In this document: in pieces, positions 14,944 to 28,524 of the stretch
Position numbering within the stretch: the first letter of the stretch is position 1
How the letters are laid out: each line of letters opens with the position of its first letter
NCBI RefSeq assembly: GCF_026210795.1
Contig: NC_089432.1
Location: 2,294,001-2,358,000 of the forward strand
Direction of reading: 5' to 3'
DNA from: Rhizophagus irregularis
Lineage: Eukaryota
Length of the DNA: 64,000 nt
The notes under the pieces: generated by a model
Seen by the model: only the letters and a program-made list of their open reading frames with translations
What the model was told of the DNA's origin: nothing
Databases searched by the model: none
Translations under genes and position numbers: made by a program

Positions 14944-15545
14944 TTATGTTTTGCAATTTAACCTTGTTATGAATAAGAATTAGCTGATCCATTATCCCTA
15001 ATTGTTGAAAATCTAAGTGATTGGATAACTTATGGATTCACCTGGAAGGATTTATTCATTGGATTAAATGATAAAACTTTACAAAGCTTAATTATCGATA
15101 TCATAATGAATAATCCTGAAGCGGATAATAATAAAATTTTAGAGTAATGCAAGAAATGTTTAATTGCAAGGGATTATGAGAGCTGAGCGATCAGCTTTAG
15201 AACGAGAAGAAGTTGTTCAATGGAAGCATGTTTATTTTATCAACAATATCACGAGTCTTTACGATTATTTCGCTAATCAAGGAAATTTTTTGTCAGATCT
15301 AAATGGACATTTGGACATTTAGTGATTATAAATACATTTTCTAATCTAGATATGGATGTTAAATCTTGTTTACAAAAACTTGTGAATTGTCAGGTAGTTA
15401 ATTTGCCAATTTTCACGATTGAAACTCAGGATTCAATTAGGGTAAGCCAAAGAGACGATAAGTATGATTTAATGTGTTGTTCCTAATTTAAAAATATATA
15501 TCTTTAGGTAAGGCATTTCTGGTTAGGTGTTTTGTCACAGGGTAT

Positions 15546-16360
15546 TTGGAAAATCTTGGAACCATTCAGATTAACATATTTCCACAATATTTGATGTGGA
15601 TTTCCATGTGGATTTTAGTGGAAAAATTTTCGGATAAAACTATTAACTTACTCTCATCGTCAGTGGATAATAGATCTTCAAGAACAGTGTCTTCAGCTAT
15701 TCGAGTATGGGAACATTGGTGTGACTCACAACACGTCGATCCCGTTACTTGCCCTATAAATAAGATTTGTGAATTTTTTTCCGACATGTTGACATTTGGA
15801 AAATCATATAATACTATCGCTGGCTATAGATCAGCCATTAGTGAAATCCACGAACGAATTGATAATTTCTCAATTGGAACTCACCCAGACATTTCAAAAG
15901 CTATGCAAGCTATTCGGATCGATAAACCTCCTACTTCAAAGTCAGATGACGCTATTGACATTATTCCTTCATTAGAATTTATTGTTTCCTTGGGTGACAA
16001 TTCAACCATGACTATTAGAGAACTTACTTGCAAAACAGCCTTTTTATTGGCTTTGATTTCAGCGTGTTGTCCATCAGATCTTCATCGGATTAATGCTTTT
16101 GATTATACCAAGACAAGGTCTTCTATTTCGTTCAATTGTGTCGCGCCCAAGGAATATAATATCGCGGTTGCACATTCAGCCTCCACGATTAAAAAAGATT
16201 TTTGTTGGTGTTTACCCAGATGAAAGACATCTTTGTCCATATGAAGCTGTTACTTCTTTGTTATCAAGAACTTCCCTATGGCGTGTATCTGCTGATCAAA
16301 AACGTGCTCTTTTTCTTATTACAAAAGAACCTCACTCACCAGCTTCCGTGGATACAAAAT
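15546..16360 (+). mobile_element. Tyrosine-recombinase (DIRS/Crypton-type) fragment, frameshifted
   Basis: SAM-like N-domain 'SYNTIAGYRSAISEIH', box I 'KTAFLLALISACCPSDL', 'HLCPYEAV' in the next frame; no C-terminal HxxR/Y region seen. Confidence 0.7.
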
Positions 16361-16901
16361 TTTCTGATGCATTGATGTTCGCCACCAAACGCAATTTTGT
16401 CAGTAGCGTCATACTCATTCAATGGAGTGGGTTGAGTTAATCTTACAAATATCGTGCAAATAAAGAAAAGTGTAGTCAAAGAGACACAATACCATTAAAA
16501 TAATTTTGGTTAATTTTTATTGAAAAAAAAAAATTAATTTGTAATTTATTGTTCAGTCATTGCACATTTTAGCTCCGAAATTAATTAAGAATTTGGCACA
16601 ACAAATGATAATATTATAAAATATTGATACATAATTCCATTTTTTCTGGACCATTTTTTAATAAATCTTACTACTAGTTACTCTTTTATAATTATTATTT
16701 ATATGGAAATATTCTAGTTATTTTATGATACTCTAAAAGATTATTGATTTTATAATATTTGCTAAAAAGTGACACTAATAAAGTTATCAAACAACGTAGT
16801 TTATATATGTATACTATATATCACTATATTAAAATTACCCATTTAAAAATCGTTAACTAAACGCTTTTATAAAAAGTCTTATTTTAAATTAGAATATTAA
16901 T

Positions 16902-17132
16902 AGGACCCCGAAATATAGTATATACATAAAAAGGTCAGGTTCGAGTTTGCGTACAATCAGCAAAAAAACAATGAAAATCTTTCCTTATATAGATAATTCC
17001 TGGTGGAAATGTATTACCTTTTTTGGATGCTGAGTGCTGACCGAAATTATCATAATTCCGGCCCTGAAAAAATGCGTGCTAGTAATTTTTTTGGCCGCCA
17101 CCTTACCTCTGTATATATATTTCGGGGGTCAT
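16902..17132. mobile_element. MITE, same family as 61034..61267
   Basis: Imperfect TIR aggaccccgaaatata ... tatatttcgggggtcat; shared internal tcataattccggccctgaaaaaatgcgt. Confidence 0.8.
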
Positions 17133-17400
17133 ATTTAATTTCAGGTTACATATTACAGTTTTTTTAATATTTGCGTAATTTATTATCTTGTGAGTAAATA
17201 TGTAATGACTAGTGAATATAAGAAATATAAGAAAATTAAAAGGATTTTCAAAAGAATTTAATCAAAAATTTTCTGTTAGATTTTTATTTAAAAATTCAGT
17301 AATTATAATATCTTTAAATCAATTTTATTTTTATTTTTTTTTTGAAGTTATAATCTATTAATCACTTAAAAGTTAAAATATTGAAATTTTATTAACTTCT

Positions 17401-19525
17401 TTATAAAAGTTTTTCTAATTCATTTTGAGCGAGTTGATCTCCTTGTTCCGCAGATTTTTTTAACCAATAAATTGCCCTATCCATATTAACAAATCCTTCT
17501 CCATTTTTATACATTAAAGCAAGATTATATTGAGCTACATTATTTCCTAAATTTGCTGCTTTATAATATAATTCAAATGCTTTTTGTTTATCAATATCAG
17601 TTCCAATTCCACTTTCATAACAGTATCCCAAATTATTTAATCCATCAGTATTTCCTAAATTTGCTGCTTTTTGATATAATTCAAATGCTTTTTTCTCATC
17701 AACATCAATTCCAATACCATTTCGATAACATTCTCCTAAATTATTTATTCCAAATGCATTTCCTAAATTTGCTGCATTTTTGTATAATTCAAATGCTTTC
17801 TGTTTATCAATATTAGTTCCAATTCCATTTTCATAACAATTTCCTAAATTATTTATTCCAGCCGGATTTCCTAAATTTGCTGCTTGTTGATATAATTCAA
17901 ATGCCTTCTTTTTATCAACATCAGTTCCAATTCCATTTTCATAAAAATCTCCTAAATAATTTATTCCAGCTGCATTTCCTAATTCTGCTGCCTTTTGACA
18001 TAATTCAAATGCCTTTGATTTATCAATATTAGTTCCAGCTCCGTATTGATAACAATATCCTAAACTAATTATACCAAATGCATTCCCTAAATTTGCAGCA
18101 ATTTGATACAATTCAAAAGCCCTATTTTTATCAATATTAATTCCCATTCCCAAGTAATTAAAATCTCCGAGTAAAACAGTAGAATTCGAATTATTTTGAT
18201 TATTTAATGCCCAATTATAAATTTCTTGTAAAGTCACATTATTATTATTAAGATAATTAAGAATTTCCTGCTTTTCTGCATCATCTCCTATCTTATTTGT
18301 AAGTTGAATGATTTTATTGACCATTACGCTAAAATTGCAACTAATCTGATTGTTATTTATTGCTTTCAACCTAGCATCTACCTGATTAACAGTTGGACGA
18401 CTGTCTGGTTCTCCATTCCAACACTCTAAAAAAAACTTCATTAGTTCAAATAATGATTTTCTAATTTATAACTTCAGTAATAAATAAAATCATACTTACC
18501 AGTATAAAGATTAACATAAGCTGTAGGTGTATCAGGAACGGGTGTTTCTCTATGGCCTTGCGAAATTTGAAGAATTAAACTAAAAGATGATATTCCATCA
18601 AATGGTGGCTTTCCACTTGATATCTCCCAAAGAAGTACACCAATACTATAGACATCACTCTTTTCATTTAAAGAGAATGAGTGTGAACTAAATTTTTTTG
18701 GATCAATATATGGTATTATACCAAATGAATCGGAATTTTGACAGGTTTCACTAATCCTTTTTGATAGTCCAAAATCGGCCAACTTGATGGTGTTTTGATG
18801 GATTAAAACATTATTTGAGTGCTATTATTGAATATAATAAATGAAACCATTAAATTAAGATATACAATGTGTATAATATCAATAAAATTAATCTAATTAC
18901 CAAATTACGATGTGCAATTCCTTCATCATGCAAACATGATATTGCACAAACCAGTTGAAATGCAAATTTATATTTATCATTCCAAGTAAGATTTTTAAAA
19001 TTTTCTTTTAAATAATTTCGGAGTGTACCACTGTTAGCATATTCCATTACCATCAAATATTGGTTTTCTTTTAAGAAAATCTACAAGTTAGTTTATTAAT
19101 TATTGTATATATATTATATAAAAACTGATCATACCCTCATTAGTTGTGACACCATAAAAATGGATAATATTATCATGAAGTCCAACTTCACGTTGAAGTT
19201 GAATCTGAATAATAAATAGAATTTTTAATATCAAAAAATGTATGTAATATTAATAATAAATGAATATTCTTGACATTATTACCTCATGAACAATTACTTT
19301 AATTACAGTGTCATTGAAATTAAAAAAGGATTTTAGTGCATAATTTTTATTGGAATTCTTCCAATTTGTACGATGAACTTTTCCAAAGCTTCCAGAACCA
19401 ATTTCCTGAAAATTATAAAATTGCTCAAAATCATAATGTTTGATGAGTTTATTTGAAATAGCTTCTTCAATCCATTTATTCCAATCATTTGAATTGTTAG
19501 TAGATCTGGTGTTATTATTAAACAT
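17401..19525 (-). CDS. TKL-like (pseudo)kinase + 7 Sel1-like repeats; exons ~19525-19283, 19204-19135, 19067-18901, 18821-18500, 18425-17401
   Basis: Spliced frame appears intact; catalytic loop reads HRNL|HSNN; terminal Sel1 cap AIYWLKKSAEQGD. Confidence 0.85.
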
Positions 19526-22500
19526 TGTGGACTGTGGAGTAAAGAAAAACTCTTATTGAGAAAGCAATTTATGATTATAAAGGCAGAAAAGAAAACACAA
19601 ATATATGTTCCAGCTAGAGTATATATATTTTTTATTATTACATAATATTCGATGCAGGGGTATTAGTGTATTACACAATGTATAAGTGTGACAATGGCAC
19701 AAAATTTTAAGGAGTAATTATTATATCGCACTAAAATTCTTTTGGAAATATTCAAATAACTTTTATAATCAATCTATGAGCATTATGTAATCAGGTAATA
19801 CAATATAATATCATTTTATTTATCGCCTTTATCGCCTGACTGTTATCATATGTACTAAATTGGAATTAATAGTTATTCAGCACATTATTCTAACATGCAT
19901 CATCAAATAATAAATGCCCGACAATGAAGTTGTAATGTGATTTTGACATAAATTTTTGTAAATTAGCCGCCGCAGTAAGAATTTTCCTATATTAAAACAA
20001 TGTAAACGCAAAACTTAACTGCAATATTATTGATAGTTCAAAATGAGTGGATTGACAAACTACAAATTAAATTAATATTACAACTACAAATATTTAATAA
20101 TATTAGTTTTGGAATTCAGAAAAGTATAGGTAAGATTTTTATATTTATTTATTATTAAATTCTTTTCTAATATATACATCATGAAATCTTTAGTAAAAAG
20201 AAAATTAAGAAATAATTCAAAAAAGATATTGCTCTTGATAAAATATACTGATAGTTACGGCGGCGTACTATTTGGACCAAAAGTGACAAAATTATGAAAA
20301 TCGAAATTTTGAAATTTTGGATTTTCAAAATTCCTTTTTTAAATTTCTTTTTATGGCAAATTTCCCTTTATAATATAGATTGACGTTATGCGTTTTTCTT
20401 AATGAAACTAGTTTTAAGTAAAAATGAAAAAAAATGAAAAAAATGAAAATAACTTTTTTAAGCAATCAATCTTGTCTTTATTAGGTAATGTGTATGAAAG
20501 GTTGTAATCTAATAAATCTGTACACAAAAATTGGGGGATCCGTGTAAGGTAATTTGACTATTAATCAAAGTCACAGCTTTTAAATGTTACACAATAGGTG
20601 CAGTGCAGAGATTTTTCTGCTGCTAAGCTATTTCGGAGCGAACAAAAAAACTTTTCTCGGAATATTCAGAACTAAAAATTATCCCATTTAGGACTGTTAT
20701 AAATTACTTGGTAACATATTCAATTTCATTTTGTTATTTATTTATTAACGTTCATTTTCGGTTTTTAAAATTAGCCTTAAGAGACACTTTAGCGAATCTT
20801 GCTAAAACAGAAAGTATTTCCATTTTTAATTTTAAAAATGAACATAAAGTTAACTATGACAATATTTTATTTTATTATAATACTTAACATAGATTATATG
20901 AAATAACGATAATAAGGATTATGTAACTTTAGTTTCAGACTGAAATTTCTTCGTCTATTATTTAGAAATATTAAATCTATATTTCGGTTACTTAAGATGC
21001 TGCAGAGCTTTTTTTCAGTTATTTTAATTCTATGGAATTATGTAAACGCTATTACAGACAAAAACAATGATACATGTGTTATAAAATCTAATCTTCAGAA
21101 TTATAATTTTTTTTACTAATTTTTACACTTTAAAACAAAAAAAAATAAAGTTATTTTTAATATCAGCGTGTAATAATCGCTAGATAATTTGTATTTCGTT
21201 TATTATTAATACTTAATAGTAGTCATTATTATTTCCATATTAATGTTGTAAGAAAACTGTCCATTTGACGTAATGGCTAAGTTTATCATCACGAGTAAGT
21301 TTTTAGAATATTTTATTAAGATTTAGGGAAAATATATCAGTAAAGTCGACATCGCACTAAGGTTCAATTAGATAATAAAATCGTAACATACAGTTTCTTT
21401 AAAGAGCGTTAATAACATTTTAAATTAAAACGTATATTAGAATTTTAATGACTGTGATGCATAAAATTAACAAAAAATTTTCCGACTTTGCATGATTAAC
21501 TTTACTTCAAAACTGATACCAATTTGCTCAGTTCAAGTTCCGTTGCTTAAAAGCAAGCTAAACTATTTTGACAAAACGAAGCTTCTGAGCAATTGAGTTT
21601 AAATTTCCATATATTAACAAAAATTAAATGGAATATTGATTATGGCAATATCAGAAAAATTTACAAAAGTCTCATTTTTAAATCTTTTTATCAATTCCAT
21701 TACTAATGAAATCGTTCGTGAGATAAATTTAATATAAGCATAGACAAAGGATATGATGCATAATGGGATTTTTATCGGTTAAATAGTTTCATTTACTTTA
21801 TTACCAAACTTCTTAATATTTATCGTAGAACTCCACAGTTATTTCATTTATCGGCCTAAACATTCCAGTCGTGAAATCCAAGGATTTCAACTCCAATATC
21901 AACGCTAACTCTAACGGTATTCTTCAGCCCAAATCAATATTCCTAATCCTTACCCTAATCCCATGCTTACCTAACCCTAAGCAAGTCTAAAACGTCAATT
22001 TTAACTTTAAAAATACAAATTAAAATTGTTTAAATCAATGTCACATTTTATTTTAATAAATAATAACTTAGTCTCTGTTAATCTTAATTTAAATTTTAAA
22101 TCGTAATATTTATAAATTAAAATCTATATAGAATATACCAAACATTTTTATCTTTAAACTAAATAAAATAATTTACAATAGTAAAATAACTGTATATAAC
22201 AAGTATTATCAGTATGGCCTTTTCATGTTATTCACTTTTTTAAAATTTTTCAACATCAACTAATTTGGTATTAGTGCTAAATGATTTCTTTACTGCTCTA
22301 TATTACTGACTAGTTTTTGTTCTTCTAGATGAGAATATGCTTTTCTGGTAGAATTAATTAGATCGTCAAAATAACTTGGTTGAAATTTTGTTCGTTGGAC
22401 TGATATTATTGCTTACTTGGTGATTTCCAAGTTATTAGGTTAGTGATTTTTTTGTTTCTGTAGGTTTTCATATTTTCTACAAATTTCGAATTAATACCTT

Positions 22501-22914
22501 TAGCTCTATAATAACATGTAAATTCAAATAATGGTTTAAAAGATCTATAGGCATTGCAATAGGCGTTTTTACAAATTAGAATTTCATTATAATAATACAA
22601 GTTAACTTTTTATTTTAAAAAACAATTTTGTAAGGCCAAATGAATAAAAATATTAGTTCCTCATCACAAGCCGGGTCATGTGAATGTCACGAAAAAAAAA
22701 ATTATTTTATTTGATCATATGATGCCGATTTTGTTTCACCCGCAGAAAATTTATTAAAATCAGCTAATCATCTTGAATAAATTTTATTGTTAAATTAATA
22801 TTGCATTATATTTTAATAAAATAATTACTCTAATTTTATTAATTTAAAAGAATTTGTTTTACTCATGAATTAACATCTATAAAGTTTCATTATATTCTCA
22901 AGCAATCATCTTTT

Positions 22915-23125
22915 GAGTGGAGTATCTTAGGGTAGGGAAAGTTAGTTTAGGCTGAAATACTTATCTTTGAAGATAACATTGACGTTGGAGTATCTTAGGG
23001 TTAGGTAAGGAAAGTTGGTTTAAGCGGAAATACTTATCCTTGAAGATAACGTAAACGTTGGAATATCTTAGCGTAAGGAAGGTTAGTTTAGGCTGAAACT
23101 TTTACCTTTGGAGTTAGTGTTAACC
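22915..23125. repeat. ~70-bp tandem repeat x3 with TTAGGG-like words; diverged inverted counterpart at ~21890-21985
   Basis: gttggagtatcttagggt...agttagtttaggctgaaa repeated; ctaaccctaag/cttcagcccaaatc upstream in inverted orientation. Confidence 0.55.
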
Positions 23126-23220
23126 TTAAACTGCGTAGTGCAATTTTTATAGCCACACTTAGCCACAGAAATCACATGAAATCACGTGACAGAGCTTACC
23201 TAACTTTATTGATGATTTAG

Positions 23221-23420
23221 AAATCACGTGGACAATTACGATCCAAATTCTAAATTTAGAAACGAAATAATCAACATGATCAACAGTTACCTTCGGAGTT
23301 TGGTGATACCATTTAGTGATACCAATTTAATTTATAAATAGTTTAATCAAATATTCATGTAATTTTTTTCCTAATTTTTGGAAAGCGTCAAATTGACTTC
23401 CGCAGTAAGAGTTCTCAACG
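23221..23420 (+). promoter_or_regulatory. Conserved upstream block of kinase-Sel1 paralogs (CACGTG box, cagttacctt, TATAAATA, ccgcagtaaga)
   Basis: Same ordered motifs upstream of the genes starting at 32206 (reverse complement, ~32207-32420) and 43625 (~43365-43624). Confidence 0.6.
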
Positions 23421-26400
23421 ATGTCTAATAAAAATGACAATTCAAATGAATGGATTAACTGGATTGAAGAAGGTCTTTCTAAAAAACTTATTAAATATTA
23501 TGAATTTGAGCAATTTTATAATCTTCAAGAAGTTGGTTCCGGAGGTTTTGGAAAAGTTCAACGTGCAAATTGGAAAAATTCTCATAAATATTATGCATTA
23601 AAATCATTTTCTACTTTCAACGATACTACAATTAAAGAGATTGTTCATGAGGTAGTAATTAATTATTCCACACCACAGAATTTAACACCATAGTCATATG
23701 ATTTATGTATTTTTTTTTATTCTATATTATTTAGTAGTCTAGCTAAGCTGATCCTATTGAGTTGAATACCAGTGGTGTGGAATAGTATAGTCATTAAATT
23801 TATTATAAATATATATGTTTCTGACATAAAATTCTATTTATAGATTCAACTTCAGCGTGAAGTTGATTTTCATGAAAATGTTATCTGTTTTTATGGTATT
23901 ACAAATTCCGGTAAAGGTATTATAAATTTTAATAATATTATTTTTAAATTAAATGGTGACTAATCAATTTTTTAATCTTTTTCTTTAAAGATAACCAAAG
24001 AAAAGATTATATGCTAGTATTAGAATATGCTGATAATGCTACTCTCCGAAATTATTTAAAAGAAAATTTTAAAAATCTTACTTGGAAGGATAAATTTAAT
24101 TTTGCATCTCAACTGGTCTATGCAGTATCATGCTTACATGGTGAAGGAATTGTACATAGAGACTTGGTAAATTTCTATTATACATTAACTATTATGAAAA
24201 TTAACATATATGCAATAAATTAATTTATAGTAACAATTATTTAATTTTTTATATTTTAATAATAGCATTCTAAAAATGTGCTGGTCCATCAAAATACTAT
24301 TAAATTGGCTGATTTTGGACTATCAAAAAGAATTGAAGATTCATCCAACTTTCAATCAAAAGTATTTGGAATGGTTGCTTATATTGACCCAAAAATATTT
24401 AATAGAGGAAGAAATAACAATAATGAACAAATAAAAGTATATTCATTAAATGAGAAAAGTGATATTTATAGTACTGGTGTACTGTTATGGGAAATATCCA
24501 GTGGCCAACCGCCTTTTAATGATGAATTAAATGATATTGGCTTGGCTATGGAGATTTTTAAAGGCTATAGAGAAAAACCTATTCCTGATACACCTAAAGA
24601 ATATATACATCTTTATACTGGTAAATACAATTTAAACTTATAATTTATAATCAATGTTGTTTCAACTAGTTGAAGTTTTTTTTTTTTGTAGATTGTTGGA
24701 ATATTGAACCTGATGATCGTCCAACTATCATACAAGTGGTTGATAGATTAAAAGAAATTATAATAAGAAAAAATATAATTATAAAAGATTTTTATTTAAA
24801 TGATAATGATAAAAGTATCCAATCATCAAATAACAATCAGCCTAATTCAAATGTTAAAATTTCTAAAAGTACTATTAATTCACTATTACATGGAAGTTTA
24901 TCTCAAATTATTCAAAATTTTGATATAATGAATTCAAAAGAAATAGAAACTTCAATATCAACAAGTTATCAATTTAATATAATAACTAATTATATAATTA
25001 ATTTACTAGATAATGACTATGATGAAATAGGAAAACAGAAAGTGCTAAATTATCTTAATGACTATAATAAAACTTTGCAAGAAATTAATGTTTGGTTATT
25101 AAATAATCAAAATAAATCTGATTCTTTTGTTTTACTTGGAAAATTTTATTATTTGGGAATTAGTACCAATGTTGATGAGAAAAAAGCATTTGAATTATTT
25201 CAAAAAGCAGCAGATTTAGGAAATGCATCTGGAATATATAATTTGGGATATTGTTATGATAATGGAATTGGAACTGATATTAATGAAAAAAAGGCATTTG
25301 AATTATATCAAGAGGCAGCAAATTTAAAAAATGCATTTGGATTAAATAGTTTAGGATATTGTTATACTATTGGAATTGGAACTGCTATTGATTATCAAAA
25401 AGCATTTAAATTATATCAAAAGGCAGAAAATTTTGGAAATTCATCTGGAATGAATAATTTAGGATATTTTTATCAATGTGGAATTGGAACTAATATTAAT
25501 TATCAAAAGGCATTTAAATTATATCAAAAGTCAGCTGATTTAGAAAATGCTTCTGGGATGTATAGTTTGGGAAATTGCTATGAAAAAGGAATTGGAACTG
25601 ATATTGATTATCAAAAGGCATTTGAATTATATCAAAAGTCAGCAGATTTGGGAGATACATCTGGAATGAGTAATTTAGGATTTTGCTATGAAAGTGGAAT
25701 TGGAACTGGTATTAATAAACAAAAAGCATTTAAATTATATCAAAAATCAGCAGATTTAGAAAATGCATTAGGAATATGCAATTTAGGAAATTGTTATAAT
25801 AATGGAATTGGAATTGGTATTAATAAGCAAAAGGCATTTGAATTATATCAAATGGCAGCAGATTTAGGAGAAGAATTTGGAATGAATAATTTGGGAGATT
25901 GTTATAATTATGGAATTGGAACCAATATTAATTATCAAAAGGCATTTGAATTATATCAAAAAGCAGCAAATTTAGGAAATGCATCAGGAATGAATAATTT
26001 AGGAGATTGTTATAATAATGGAATTGGAACTGATATTAATAAGCAAAAGGCATTTAAATTATATCAAAAGGCAGCAAATTTAGGAAATGAAAAGGGAATA
26101 AATAATTTAGGATATTGTTATAGCAATGGAATTGGAACTGATATTAATAAGAAAAAAGCATTTGAATTATATCAAAAGGTAGCAAATTTAGGAGATATAT
26201 CTGGAATAAATAATTTAGGAAATTGCTATCAATATGGAATTGGAGTTAAGGTTAATTACCAAAAGGCATTTGAATTATATCAAAATGTAGCAGATTTAGG
26301 AGATGCAAAAGGAATAAATGATTTGGGATATTGTTATCAAAAAGGAATTGGAACTAATGTTGATAAAATAAAGGCGTTTAAATTATATCAAAAGGCAGCA

Positions 26401-26772
26401 GAATTAGAAAATACATTTGGAATAAATAATTTAGGAAATTGTTATAAAAATGGAATTGGAACTGATATTAATTATCAAAAGGCATTTGAATTATATCAAA
26501 GGGCAGCAGATTTGGGAAATGTACAGGGAATAAATAATTTAGGATATTGTTATAGATTTAAAATTGGAACTAATATTAATAATCAAAAGGCATTTGAATT
26601 ATATCAAAAAGCAGCAGATTTAGGAAATAGTACTGCTCAATATAATCTTGCTTTCATGTATGAAAGTAATAAATCAATAGATGATGCACTTTATTGGTAC
26701 AAACAATCTGCTGAACAAGGAAATCAATATGCTCAAAATAAGTTAAATGAGCTTAATAATCATGAAATTTGA
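23421..26772 (+). CDS. TKL-like protein kinase + 15 Sel1-like repeats; exons ~23421-23651, 23844-23916, 23991-24166, 24266-24620, 24692-26772
   Basis: GSGGFG, ALK, HRDL|HSKN, ADFG, KSDIYS, DCW motifs; 108-bp repeat array. Confidence 0.9.
23662..23786. mobile_element. ~125-bp MITE in intron 1 of the kinase gene
   Basis: TIR tattccacaccac ... gtggtgtggaata; this intron is ~190 bp versus ~65-80 bp in paralogs. Confidence 0.75.
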
Positions 26773-26991
26773 TGATTTGCTTAATATAAATACTTTTTTA
26801 CAACATAAAATATAATTTTTTTATCTTATTCTTATTTTTTCATATTTAGTAATTACCAATATTGAAAAAATTTCAAAATAAAGTGGAATTGATAATAAAC
26901 ACTTTTTTTTTTAAATATTTATGCATATATGATATGTTATATTTATGTTGTATGTTTATATACATTTTATATAAGAATTTTTCTAACTATC

Positions 26992-27100
26992 ACCGGGGTG
27001 ATGATCACCGGTGACTGAAATTATGACGATCGACCAGCATTGAAAAATATAGCGTCGGTAAAAATTGTTAATTCTGGACTACGGTGATGATCACTCCAGT
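26992..27100. mobile_element. Short inverted-repeat element (MITE-like)
   Basis: accggggtgatgatcaccg ... cggtgatgatcactccagt. Confidence 0.55.
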
Positions 27101-27321
27101 AAAAACTATATATAAAATAAATATTTTTTTTTTTTTAGGATTTACTAATTTTGTAAAAACTGTAAAAAAAGTGGAATCTAATGTACATGAAATGTTTATT
27201 CTTTTTGCCAATAGCAAATATATGATTTTTTACCTATTTTTTCATTGTATATGATAAATTTTTACAATACAAGTATTTGTGCATTTTTTCATCAGTAATA
27301 ATTTAGGATCAGGATCCTTAT

Positions 27322-27502
27322 CCCAGTAAAAAGTCCTGTACTGAATTCATATTAGGTTTGTATTGAATTTATACATGAGCCCGTTTGGTACGAAAAATTG
27401 GACCATAAATGGGATAAAATTAAAATAAATATGGCCAAATTTTATACCGAATGGGCTCATTTTATAATTAGCCTATATTTGGTACAAGAACTTTTTACTG
27501 GG
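27322..27502. mobile_element. MITE with CCC...GGG termini and 3-bp TSD (CMC/EnSpm-like)
   Basis: cccagtaaaaagtcctgtac ... gtacaagaactttttactggg flanked by TAT on both sides. Confidence 0.75.
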
Positions 27503-28524
27503 TATGGATTCTTTATAGATGGAAAGAATCCTTAAAGATCCTTAAATTGATTATAAAATTTTATGGATCCTTAAGAATTTTATAAAATTTTTATCAAGGA
27601 ATTATAAAAAAAAATCCCACAGAATTTACTATAGAGTCTGATCTATTATTACCATAAAATTTATTATACTAATCTATTGTTATAATGTTATGACAATAAT
27701 CCTCATAAAATTTACTATACCGATCTATTATTACAAAAAAAACACTAAAATTTGTTATCTACTACTTATTAGCATTAATAGTAGAAATGGCAATCACCAA
27801 AAAGAGAACTAAAAATAATACATTATTAGTAATCAACATAACTTGCCAATCAAGTACGTGGATCTTAACTATAAAGAATATGGATGGAACAGACACAGAC
27901 ATGTTTACAATTTAAAATTAATTTATATTTTATACTGACAGGCTAATCTAAATGTAACCGATCAACATTTATTTTTTTATTATATATACTGTATTTAGTT
28001 AAATAAACCTACAAACAAATAAAGAAACAAATATTAATTTTAGGGATTCTATAGAATCTTTTGATAGGGAATTCTCACTGATAGAGAGGTTTCTTAGGAA
28101 TCCTTGTTAATTATGAGGTTTTGGAATTCCTGTGGTTCCACATTCAAAAATTTACTGTACTGTTAGATTATCTATAAATTAAAATGATACAGCCTTGTGT
28201 ATTATGTGACATTGAAATACCTGTGCAAATCACAAGATTTTGATGTATTGGATAATTAATTTTGACTATCATGATTAATTTCAACTCAGTAAAAAGTCTG
28301 TAATTGTATAAAATTCATATACTAGTTTTTGTAATAATTGTTTAATTTTGTTATAGTATTTGCTAAATTTAAATATTTTTATTTTTAAAGTTTAAACATA
28401 ATTATACAAAATTGCATGATTTCTAAATTTATTTGAAATTTGTGCTAGAGTAGTAAATAATATTATAATAACTAACACTTAAATAAACGAAAGTAACTAA
28501 ATACTATAAAGTATTTTATTCTAA

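Noticed and set aside
14950..15500. Coding-like stretch (LADPLSLIVENLSDWITYGF...)
   Set aside because: Interrupted by stops and not assignable to a family by eye
22915..23125. Interstitial telomere
   Set aside because: Only isolated TTAGGG words in a longer unit; no tandem hexamer tract
25100..26650. Regularly spaced repeats resembling a CRISPR array
   Set aside because: In-frame Sel1 coding repeats in a eukaryotic gene; no unique spacers or cas genes
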